A stretch of 63,529 nt of DNA, filler included, from Octopus bimaculoides (taxonomy: Eukaryota), in NCBI RefSeq assembly GCF_001194135.2. It is 3 parts of 3 records of this genome, joined end to end, with 100 filler letters (N's around TTAATTAATTAA, not from the genome) between each part and the next. Parts side by side here need not be neighbours in the genome. Positions count along the whole stretch, not along the records: positions 1 to 28,400 come from NC_068988.1; 2 more parts are not named here. One strand, written 5' to 3'. Positions 11,667-22,555 of the stretch are shown one piece after another. The position numbers and the translations under genes were made by a program. The notes beneath the pieces are model-generated. The model did not search any database. It was not told the origin of the DNA and saw nothing but the letters and a program-made list of their open reading frames with translations. Each line of letters starts with the position of its first letter. Within the stretch, counting starts at the first letter, position 1.

Positions 11667-13589
11667 ATTGAAAATTCCTGTGAAAAATGACCGTTAAACA
11701 AAGGAAAATTACTGTGTGGCTGACCGTCATTAAGACAAAAGAGCTAATAGACCGTTAAGTAAGGGGAGGGGGTAAAAGTAAGGGAGTAGAGAAGTCTATA
11801 GGTTCGCGTAAGCGCACCAATCCGTACATTCGCCTATATTTATATACTAAACCACCCTCGTTTTAAACACACACATGCTCACACACATACTAACCAAAAA
11901 ACTATAGATATATGTCCATATGCATATATATACGCGCATACACACCCACACTCACACGCACACGACAACCCCGCACCCATACACATGCACGCAAAAAAAT
12001 GTTTTATAGGGCTAAAAGCAAAAAACAGTGTGTGAAAGCTATAAGGTTAAAACGTGTAAATATGTAAATATGTAAATATGTAAATTTGAATGATTTGTTG
12101 GCAGTATAACTGTCTGCAACTGGTCCAAAATATATACTTGTGTTTTAGAGTTCATCTGACAATGTATGGTGCAATGACAACTGTACTTCTGCAGGAGGTG
12201 TGAATACTAAATTCCAAGACTGCAGCAATTCTTTCAATCAACCGACATTTCTCTTTTCCTAACATTTCTCAATCAAATACATTTTAAGAATTTGTATCAA
12301 ACATTTCAAGAAGTAGTTCAACCAAATGTTATTCTTGGAATTCGTCCAAATCCATGGTGACAGTTTTAGTGCAACAACAACAAAATGGAATCGGTGTGAA
12401 TAGATTCAACAACTTGAGTTTGAAAATGAGTCTTTCGTTTTGCATGCAAACCAGAATTTACCTTTATTTGATGTATTAAGATATAATTCTTTTGATAAAG
12501 AATATTCGTACATTTTCCATGAAATCTCTCAACATTCCAAACGCAATCGTTAAATGCCAAATGGCATCAACATGAGATTCAGTATAAGAAACTTCTGTCA
12601 GTACTGCATTAGAGTAACATTAAAACATCAGGAAAACTATTTAAAATAGCAGTAACATAGAAAGTGTTCGACTACAGACGAAGAGAGATAGAGAGAGGGG
12701 GGAAACGAGAAACAAAACCCAAACGAAACAGACACGACGTTATTCAGTTGGCTTAAGTATGTTTTTAGGATAAATATCTATCTATAATCATTTTGTTTAA
12801 AAAATTAAAGTTGTATACATAATAATGAGGAAAAAAAGCATTCGTTCATTAATAAATTACTCTGCTCAATAAAGTCAAGAGAAAAAACAACCTCGGGAAC
12901 TATATATATATTGATTAAAATAGAACAAATAATGAATACAATGATGTGGGCAAAGCGAATGATACTTATCTCGTTGAAATACCAACTGTTGTAGGTTTTA
13001 TGTTAAATGATCCTGTTGTTGCTTCTAAGATCGACGCATCGTTTGTGTTGTTTTAATTATACATTATCACAAATTATTTGTTCTTCATGATGTGTGAGTG
13101 TTACGTGAAGGGTGAAATAACATTTGAATGAATGCCGTAGATTTTTCCTTCTAACTTTTGAGGTGAAATCCCACAGAGATCAATGTGATTAATATAATGC
13201 CAATAACATATGAACAGATTATTTGCTATGGGCGAATGACCTGGAAACTCAACATAATTCTAATTCTTGTTTATAAACCTAGGCTAAGAGCCTTTTTTAT
13301 GAATATTCTCTAATTCGTTATTGCTATAATATTAAGTTGTGAATCCAAGGACGACCAGACCATGGCTACCACATCTTTTGTGAAATTGGAATTGCCTATC
13401 TAGAACTGCATTTTCAACAAACGACAGCGTCCGATCTGAAAAAAGAGTTGGCAGATGTCGCGATTGTAGCTATAATAATGTTTATATTGCAAAAATTGCT
13501 TAATGAGATTTAAATGATTGTGAATTATTAGTTTTTTTGTATTTTGTGCATACATTTTAACACTATTCGCACCTCTATACACAGTAAAC

Positions 13590-13632
<43 letters not shown>

Positions 13633-14185
13633 NNNNNNNNNNNNNNNNNNNNNNNNNNNNNNNNNNNNNNNNNNNNNNNNNNNNNNNNNATATGACAATG
13701 AATTTGGAAAAGAGGATTAACTTGATTTCAATAATTATGAGGTACATAATTTTGTTTAACACAGAAAGATAAAAGGCAACGTTAACCATGGTGGGATCTG
13801 AGCTCAAGAGTAAAGAACAGAACAAAATAAGACACAGCATTTTCTTCGATAATCTTACGATACAGCTAGCCCAATACTCTTGACACGGACTTTGTAATAG
13901 ACAGTAGTGACGGTGTAGAGTCAAACATAGTCAAGCGGGAGTTGAGAAGTTCGAAGTTTGCACTGTCATTGTGATGTATGAGAAGTAGTCGATTGGCAGA
14001 ATTGTTAGAAATTACCCAGTTTATATTCTTCAGCCTTTATGAACAAATTTCATCTGGCATGACACTGATGATGAGGAGCAGAGACTCATGCGTTTTTCTT
14101 TCACAAGGTCGGAGAGATGGAAAGTGAACACATGCTCTGTATACTCAAATACACATATATATCACTCACGCCTAAAACACACACA

Positions 14186-14243
<58 letters not shown>

Positions 14244-14253
14244 NNNNNNNNNN

Positions 14254-14294
<41 letters not shown>

Positions 14295-15378
14295 AACACA
14301 TGCATACATGCGTATACAAATGTATACATTCATTCATACAGAAAGAAACATCATAACATATATGGTGATATTAAGTGTTCCATCATAACGCTACATCCAT
14401 CACTAAACTGTGATTTATTCTTACACAATAAGACACTAACTCTGGTGGGGTAGGGTAAGCTTCAGAAAGATCGATGAGGTGGCATAACTTATAAGGGTTG
14501 AATTATACAAGTAGGTGATAGACGCGGGAATATTCATTACTTTAAATAGTTGAATATAGAAGAGTAAATGATATAGATATGGATGTATGCTTCAGTATTT
14601 CTCTTGTTAATTACGTGGCTTTGTATTCAGCCACTTTGTGTGCAACTTTGAAGAATTGTTCTGTCTGTGCTTGTATGTATCATTGACTGATGTATATCAT
14701 TCACGTGTGTAAATTTTATCAAGGATGCTGAAATACAAGAAGAGCTGTTCCCTAATACACTTGTTTTACACCAATATGCAGCTTGTTCACGCTTCTCAGA
14801 ATCAGTGATGCATTAAATCAAGGATCGGTTCACCCAGCGAAGATGTATATCATTTGCGATACAAAGAAAGGTCGCTTCATAGACATAAGGAATAATATCC
14901 ATAATATCTGTGTGTATATTCTCTACACGAACTCTATGTTTACGCATTTTCAATGAAATTGGTTTGTCATGTGAATACAAGCGAAGATGGACTGAGTGGA
15001 AAATGAAAATCTACATATCATAATAATACCTCAGAAGCCTCCTACAAAAAATAATGAATGTTCAAAGCTTCTGATCAACTGAAATTGTTTGATGGAGAAA
15101 CCTAAACCCAAGAGCAGAGATTGTGTTTTGAAGATGTATTTTGAATATTCAAAATATCAGTAGTAACTGATATATATTCAATGCAAGATAACGACATTAA
15201 CGCTGTACATAAATCAGTATCATTAATATATTCATATGAAAGACGTTAAACTTTTCAAAACATTTGCAGTCATGTCTTTCAAAGGTAATATATGTACTCT
15301 GTTGCAAAGGTAGAATGTCTACAAGTGATGACTTCACGCATCTCATGGGAATATGGGAATATACTCTTCATTACAGAG

Positions 15379-15514
15379 TTTCTTCTTCTTCTTCTTCTTC
15401 TTCTTCTTCTTCTTCTTCTTCTTCTTCCCCTTCTTCTTCTTCTTCTTCTTCTTCTTCTTCTTCTTCTTCTTCTTCTTCTTCTTCTTTCTCTCCTCCTCCT
15501 CCTCCTTCTCCTTC
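15379..15514. repeat. (TTC)n/(TCC)n microsatellite running into a gap
   Basis: Direct reading. Confidence 0.95.
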
Positions 15515-16085
15515 NNNNNNNNNNNNNNNNNNNNNNNNNNNNNNNNNNNNNNNNNNNNNNNNNNNNNNNNNNNNNNNNNNNNNNNNNNNNNNNNNNNNNN
15601 NNNNNNNNNNNNNNNNNNNNNNNNNNNNNNNNNNNNNNNNNNNNNNNNNNNNNNNNNNNNNNNNNNNNNNNNNNNNNNNNNNNNNNNNNNNNNNNNNNNN
15701 NNNNNNNNNNNNNNNNNNNNNNNNNNNNNNNNNNNNNNNNNNNNNNNNNNNNNNNNNNNNNNNNNNNNNNNNNNNNNNNNNNNNNNNNNNNNNNNNNNNN
15801 NNNNNNNNNNNNNNNNNNNNNNNNNNNNNNNNNNNNNNNNNNNNNNNNNNNNNNNNNNNNNNNNNNNNNNNNNNNNNNNNNNNNNNNNNNNNNNNNNNNN
15901 NNNNNNNNNNNNNNNNNNNNNNNNNNNNNNNNNNNNNNNNNNNNNNNNNNNNNNNNNNNNNNNNNNNNNNNNNNNNNNNNNNNNNNNNNNNNNNNNNNNN
16001 NNNNNNNNNNNNNNNNNNNNNNNNNNNNNNNNNNNNNNNNNNNNNNNNNNNNNNNNNNNNNNNNNNNNNNNNNNNNNNNNNNNNN

Positions 16086-16126
<41 letters not shown>

Positions 16127-16349
16127 TGTCGGTAGTTATGGTCGGGAAGAAAGTTACTATTGGTTTCGTGAGGCACATGACCTCTTTATTAATACAAGTA
16201 TACACCCTTAGTGAGGCAGGGCTTAAAAACCAGAAAAAAAAAACCTCTGAAACAAAATTCGTCGGAGAAAAAACCCTCCTGGTTAAAATAGATCCATCTC
16301 CCTGTAACTGGTTCCAGTTGTGTCCCACAAATGTCCTTTCACTAATCAG

Positions 16350-16600
16350 GTCAGCAAGGGGGTATTCTGTCTCGAAGAAAAAGTTTTCCCTCATGACAAC
16401 ATCGTTTAACCACCTCTCTTTAAGATTGCTCCTGGGTCAAGAATTTCTTTGAGGATCACAGCCCTCTCAGCCAAGCAAACGTTGCATCCTCTGCTCTCGT
16501 TGAGCCATGCTCAAAAGTGCTTCAGAAACTTCCATTTAATCATGCAAATTTTTCCCTCTTCTTATAAATACCATATGTACTTAGCCAGAGACGACCAAAC
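16350..16600 (-). pseudogene. Penelope-like retroelement ORF C-terminal (GIY-YIG end) remnant
   Basis: Minus-strand SSLAKYIWYL*EEGKICMIKWKFLKHF*AWLNESRGCNVCLAERAVILK, then after a frameshift REVVKRCCHEGKLFL; matches the PLE C-terminal pattern LSKxIWxLK..IKW..CxLCLxE..KCRH. Confidence 0.7.
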
Positions 16601-17411
16601 GACTCTTTTTAGATATAACGTTCAATTTGAGGAGGGGGGGCAGTCGATTAGATGGACCCCAGTACGCAACTTGATATATATATATATCAACACGTGTGTT
16701 ACTTTCCAACCTTCTCTCTCTCTCTTTCTATCTCTCTCTCTCNNNNNNNNNNNNNNNNNNNNNNNNNNNNNNNNNNNNNNNNNNNNNNNNNNNNNNNNNN
16801 NNNNNNNNNNNNNNNNNNNNNNNNNNNNNNNNNNNNNNNNNNNNNNNNNNNNNNNNNNNNNNNNNNNNNNNNNNNNNNNNNNNNNNNNNNNNNNNNNNNN
16901 NNNNNNNNNNNNNNNNNNNNNNNNNNNNNNNNNNNNNNNNNNNNNNNNNNNNNNNNNNNNNNNNNNNNNNNNNNNNNNNNNNNNNNNNNNNNNNNNNNNN
17001 NNNNNNNNNNNNNNNNNNNNNNNNNNNNNNNNNNNNNNNNNNNNNNNNNNNNNNNNNNNNNNNNNNNNNNNNNNNNNNNNNNNNNNNNNNNNNNNNNNNN
17101 NNNNNNNNNNNNNNNNNNNNNNNNNNNNNNNNNNNNNNNNNNNNNNNNNNNNNNNNNNNNNNNNNNNNNNNNNNNNNNNNNNNNNNNNNNNNNNNNNNNN
17201 NNNNNNNNNNNNNNNNNNNNNNNNNNNNNNNNNNNNNNNNNNNNNNNNNNNNNNNNNNNNNNNNNNNNNNNNNNNNNNNNNNNNNNNNNNNNNNNNNNNN
17301 NNNNNNNNNNNNNNNNNNNNNNNNNNNNNNNNNNNNNNNNNNNNNNNNNNNNNNNNNNNNNNNNNNNNNNNNNNNNNNNNNNNNNNNNNNNNNNNNNNNN
17401 NNNNNNNNNNN

Positions 17412-17750
17412 ATCCGATCAACGGAACAGCCTGCTCGTGAAATTAACATGCAAGTGGCTGAGCACTCCACAGACCCGTGTACCTTTAACGTAGTTCTCGG
17501 GGATATTCAGCGTTACACAGTGTGACAAGGCTGACCCTTTGAATTAAAGGCACAACAGAAACAGGAAGTAAGAGTAAGAGAAAGTTGTGGTGAAAGAGTA
17601 CAGCAGGATTCGCCACCATCCCCTGCCGGAGCTTCGTGGAGTTTTAGGTGCTTTCGATCAATAAGCACTCACAACGCCCGGTCCTGGAATCGAAACCGCG
17701 ATCCTATGACCGCGAGTCGGTTGCCCTAACCACTGGGCCATTACGCCTCC
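17412..17750 (-). mobile_element. tRNA-derived SINE family C (3' end lost in gap)
   Basis: Head GGAGGCGTAATGGCCCAGTGGTTAGGG..GGTTTCGATTCC; near-identical to 37294-37677 and 54136-54524. Confidence 0.88.
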
Positions 17751-18138
17751 AAAATAAAATGAATAATATTGCTCAAATGTGAGGATTCGTATGTCCAATC
17801 TGAGGAAAAGTTATTTCCTGCCCTTACATCCATTATATTATCTTTAGACCTTTTAAAACAATAATCTTTATGGGTGCCGCTCTCCCCTCCCCCATCACTT
17901 AAGAAAAACCTATCCCCCATTTAGAAAAGTCTACCTCCTAAGGAGTGTATTTTGTGCGTGTTGGTTTGCCCATGATCTAATAACAAGATGTACAATCATT
18001 AAGTCACGAAAATTATTCGACCACAGTGTATGCTCACAAATGCGACGGAAATCATAGAAGATTGAACTCCGAAAGCCTTTTAACTAAGAAAGAATAGTAA
18101 TGATATATATGTATATATATATATATATATATATAGAC

Positions 18139-18197
<59 letters not shown>

Positions 18198-18235
18198 AGG
18201 TTGGAAAGGAACACACGTGTTGATATATATATATA

Positions 18236-18552
18236 GAAAAAAATGTCAAGGTAGAAAATGCTAAATTAATTTTATACAAAAAACATTTCAGTACCGGTTT
18301 CGGTCATTGAGGTTTTTTCAACAGTATGTATGGAAACCAATTAAATTTTGGAAGAATTAAATGAAAAGCATTTTAAAAGAATATTTGCATAGTATTCAAA
18401 TACAAGGGGCCTTTTCCTTGTTTCTGCTTGTCTCTGTCTCCCTTGTTTACTCTTGTGGGTTTTCCATAGAGTTGAAAAGGTCTCAATGACCGAAACGGGT
18501 ACTGAAATGTATTTTATAAAATTATTTTAGCATTTTCTACCTTGACTTTTTC
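18236..18552. mobile_element. Inverted-repeat element with hammerhead-like core in each arm (Penelope pLTR-like)
   Basis: Arm 18236-18338 is the reverse complement of 18458-18552 (GTCAAGGTAGAAAATGCTAAA..ATTTCAGTACCGGTTTCGGTCATTGAG); each arm reads GUUGA..GGUC-UCAAU-GACC-GAAA-C(C/G)GGUA, left arm stem II degenerate. Confidence 0.7.
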
Positions 18553-18931
18553 CCATATATATATATATATATATATACACAGTATGAACATTTTAATATT
18601 CCAGAGCTTATACAATTGTATTTAAGGTACACAGTTTAGCCATCTCACTACAGTTGTAAATTGTAAAACTTAACTGTCACCACTACTACATGAACCTGAA
18701 GATTAAATAGTTTAATACATGTAAGTACTAGTTCTATCAGAATAGACATTTAATATTTTATAATTTCATTATATTATATTATCTTCTATTATATTATTTT
18801 AGGATTGTAAAATCCGAGCCTTGTGTCTTGTGCCTAGAATAGAAAAGATTATAAGATTCTAAATAAAACGTGAAAATCAGACTCTGCTATACAAAATCAT
18901 ACACACCCGTGTGTATCTATCTATCTATCTA

Positions 18932-18978
<47 letters not shown>

Positions 18979-19345
18979 NNNNNNNNNNNNNNNNNNNNNN
19001 NNNNNNNNNNNNNNNNNNNNNNNNNNNNNNNNNNNNNNNNNNNNNNNNNNNNNNNNNNNNNNNNNNNNNNNNNNNNNNNNNNNNNNNNNNNNNNNNNNNN
19101 NNNNNNNNNNNNNNNNNNNNNNNNNNNNNNNNNNNNNNNNNNNNNNNNNNNNNNNNNNNNNNNNNNNNNNNNNNNNNNNNNNNNNNNNNNNNNNNNNNNN
19201 NNNNNNNNNNNNNNNNNNNNNNNNNNNNNNNNNNNNNNNNNNNNNNNNNNNNNNNNNNNNNNNNNNNNNNNNNNNNNNNNNNNNNNNNNNNNNNNNNNNN
19301 NNNNNNNNNNNNNNNNNNNNNNNNNNNNNNNNNNNNNNNNNNNNN

Positions 19346-19376
<31 letters not shown>

Positions 19377-21090
19377 ATACACACACACACACACACATAT
19401 ATATGTATATGTTTATATGTATGTATATATGCCATATATATATATATATGTATAAATACATACATATATAGGTTTGGATGTATTGTGTATGTATTTGCAG
19501 GTGTATACTTATGGTTGTGGAATCAATGTACATTTATCAACAGAATGTGCTTCTATATAATCTTTATCTTGTTGTTCATCTTTTATTAGTTTATATTATT
19601 CCATCAGAGATACAACGAATTGATTTCCCGCATTGTCATTTACAAAATAAAGAATATAAATAGACAAAATAAACCTAAATAAAAATAATATAAAGATCGA
19701 TCTGATGTAAAGTAGGAATATACCAAATATGACTTGTCACGAACACTCTAGCAGTTTAGTTTCATAGTAAATGAATATTAGTTTGTCGCCAGGATATTTA
19801 CTTCGCCTACCCCAATAATCTTTTTGTATCTCGTAATTCGAGCATCAATTCCTCTTTTTCAGTGCATAGTCTCATAATGTAATAATGTAATGAATTACGT
19901 TATTTTCCTACATTTTTTTTCATCATTCAGAAATAATTTGGTCTGGCGGATTCGTCAATATATTTCCTAGACTGAGCGTTTACAATCGGTGTATTTCATT
20001 TGATTTCCACATGATTAAAAAAAATTCCATAATCAGTCCAAATTAAGTTTCTATTTTTTATATCCCTCATCAGCTTCTATGGAGATATAATTAACACAAA
20101 TTATTGATTGACTGGTTGATAGTTGTTTCGTTGCAAAGCAGCTTTGATGAAGCTGACATATATGACCATATATATTTAAGCCATTACCATCCCATCTCAT
20201 CTCATCCCATCACATCCTTTTTTTATATCCAGAACGATTTTGTACGCTTACTTTCTTTTCAAAGACGTTACCATACTACATGGCTAGGATATGTTTGGGA
20301 TAGATCTAGCAAGCCTTGCGAACACTTAGTGTTTCCTTTATTTGTGTCGTATAAATATCGATTTTTCACTGAAGTACAAGTTTAGTTGTAGGACACAATT
20401 TATCGTCCTTTACAGATTTTAGGACAGGCAGTTTTTAAACAGTAGTAGTTTGGGAGAGAGAAGTGTAAATAAGCATATACATTTAGTCTTTGTCGGGAAG
20501 TTTACATTTTCCACTCAGTTAAAGATTAGCACATAGCTTTTAGAGTGCTCGCTACGTTTATACATTCTTCCACGATTTTACTCACGTCCTCTTATGAAAA
20601 AAATGTCCTTGTTCCTCTGACGTAGAATATATTACTGTACATATTTGCATAATGTCCTAGAATAGAAAAACTGATGAATAATTGTTAGATATTTCTTTGT
20701 TTCTCATTACGATATCTGTTATTGAAGTAATTTTTCCTAGTATGCATAATCTTATAGAAAATAACGATAAATACGGACGTTTAGCCAGATGAAATATTAA
20801 AAGCGAATATGGACATATTCTTCTATGGAAAATGTATATGGAACTATTATACTTAGAGAAACGGAAAATATAGTTTTCACAAAAAAACCCAGACTGCTGT
20901 AAATAAATAATATCAAGAATAAACAACTTATCAGATAAAATGTAATAATGAATGATTTACAAACTAATTCCAAATATTTTGATATGATAAGAGAAAGAAG
21001 TAGGTATANNNNNNNNNNTGTGTGTGTGTGTGTGTGTGTGTGAGTGTGTGTGTGTGTGCGTGTGTGTCTGTAATCCTCTACACAGGATTT

Positions 21091-21141
21091 TCTACACCTG
21101 AAGAATTTCGGTATTAGCCTAGAAACGAACAGTATTGATAG
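21091..21141 (+). ncRNA. Degenerate type I hammerhead motif
   Basis: CTACAC-CTGAAGA(21098-21104)-A..GGT-ATTA-GCC..A-GAAA(21122-25)-C..GTA(21132-34)-TTGATAG; stems I and II imperfect. Confidence 0.35.
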
Positions 21142-21214
21142 CTCAGATTTCAGGTTGAGGGGTTCATTGAGGGCATATTTGTAACCTAAAAGGAAATTAT
21201 GTATATATATATAT

Positions 21215-21268
21215 ATTGCCTTCGAAACGCGGAGTAGATGTACAGGGACAACTGATGAAAGGGAATAT
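21215..21268 (+). ncRNA. Permuted (type II-like) hammerhead-like motif
   Basis: Order GCCTTC-GAAA(21224-27)-C..GTA-..TGT-ACAGGG-ACA..-CTGATGA(21252-58)-AAGGG; stems short and imperfect. Confidence 0.3.
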
Positions 21269-21486
21269 TGTTTATGTTGCATGTCTCGTTTCTCTGTTTT
21301 TTTTCGTTGTTCGAAAAAAAAGTTCGTTTTCTGTTTTCGTTTCTCATTGTGTTTAACGTTTTTTTTGTCATGTCCTGTACCCATATATATACATATATGT
21401 ATACATATAGATGTAGGTATGTACATATATATATATGGATATATGCATATATTTATATATTTTTTTATATTATTATTATTATGATT

Positions 21487-21534
<48 letters not shown>

Positions 21535-21767
21535 GGCAAATAAGAAAACAGGGAAGATATAAAATCGACAGGCATCAGTCAGTACACATTCAAGTATATC
21601 AAATTTATTCGAATGTATTGGATGAATACACACACTTGTATGAGTTATACATATCAGTGTGTGGAAGAAGCTGGTAACTGCATAGACAAGACTGTGAATA
21701 CATATAAGTATATAGAAACAAATGAGCAACAGAGCAAATGAACAAAAATATAAATGGGCATGCAGGT

Positions 21768-21903
21768 ACTAGTTCCTTACGGCCGTTTCTGCCAAGAGGC
21801 AACAAAATCTTCCTGGTTATCACCATCACTTCATTGTTATGCAGGGATGAACAGACAAGGCTTGGATAATGGATGTGCTCCTAGACTTCTTCAGAGGGTC
21901 TAA
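21768..21903 (-). ncRNA. Type I hammerhead ribozyme motif, left arm
   Basis: CUGAAGA (21894-21888), long stem II, GAAA (21789-21786), palindromic ACGGCCGU stem III, GUA triplet (21780-21778), stem I UAGACCCU/AGGAACUA with mismatches. Confidence 0.68.
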
Positions 21904-21936
21904 GTATTTGGGGGTGCTAACACATATAAAAGTTAG

Positions 21937-22071
21937 TTAGATCCTCTGAAGAAGCCTAGGGGCACATCCATTATCCAAGCTTTGTCTGTTCATCCCTGCA
22001 TAACATTAAAGTGATAGAGATAACCTGGATGATTTTGTTGACCTTTGGCAGAAACGGCCGTAAGGAACTAA
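21937..22071 (+). ncRNA. Type I hammerhead ribozyme motif, right arm
   Basis: Stem I TTAG-A-TCCT / AGGA-A-CTAA; CTGAAGA 21946-52; 98-nt stem II region closed by GCC/GGC with flanking A.A; GAAA 22051-54; palindrome ACGGCCGT; GUA triplet 22060-62. Confidence 0.75.
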
Positions 22072-22478
22072 TACCTGCCCACCAATTTTTGCTCATTATA
22101 TTTTTGCTCATTTTCCCAGTTGCTCATTTGTTTCTATATACTTATATATATTCACACCCTTGTCTATGCAGTTACTAGATTTTCTACACACTAATCTATA
22201 TAACTCATAAAAGTGTGTGTATCCATCCTAGACATTCGAATGAATAGATATACTTGAATGTTTACTGGCTGATGTTTGTCGATTTTATATCCTCTCCGTT
22301 TTCTTATTTTCCGTATAAATCATGGGTAAAGCACTCTTTTACTCCCGCCAATATATAATACTCAATTGTGAGATTGCTATGCAATTACTAGCACGTGACT
22401 GCGATTAATTGGTACACTACTAGCAATTTAATGGATAAGTACTATCTCTTAGTTTGTTTTTCAACCTCCGACTCACAG

Positions 22479-22555
<77 letters not shown>

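Larger units (their letters stand above)
21533..22314. mobile_element. ~780-bp palindromic element (two ~370-bp arms, ~31-bp spacer), Penelope pLTR-like
   Basis: 21533-21904 is the reverse complement of 21936-22314 along its length (e.g. AAATAAGAAAAC..GATATAAAATCGACA / TGTCGATTTTATATC..GTTTTCTTATTT; CCTTACGGCCGTTTCTGCC / GGCAGAAACGGCCGTAAGG). Confidence 0.85.

Noticed and set aside
12055-12620. Possible decayed LINE 3' end with (TATGTAAA)n 8-bp tail
   Set aside because: All frames are stop-ridden and I could not match a motif with confidence; needs a frameshift-aware search.
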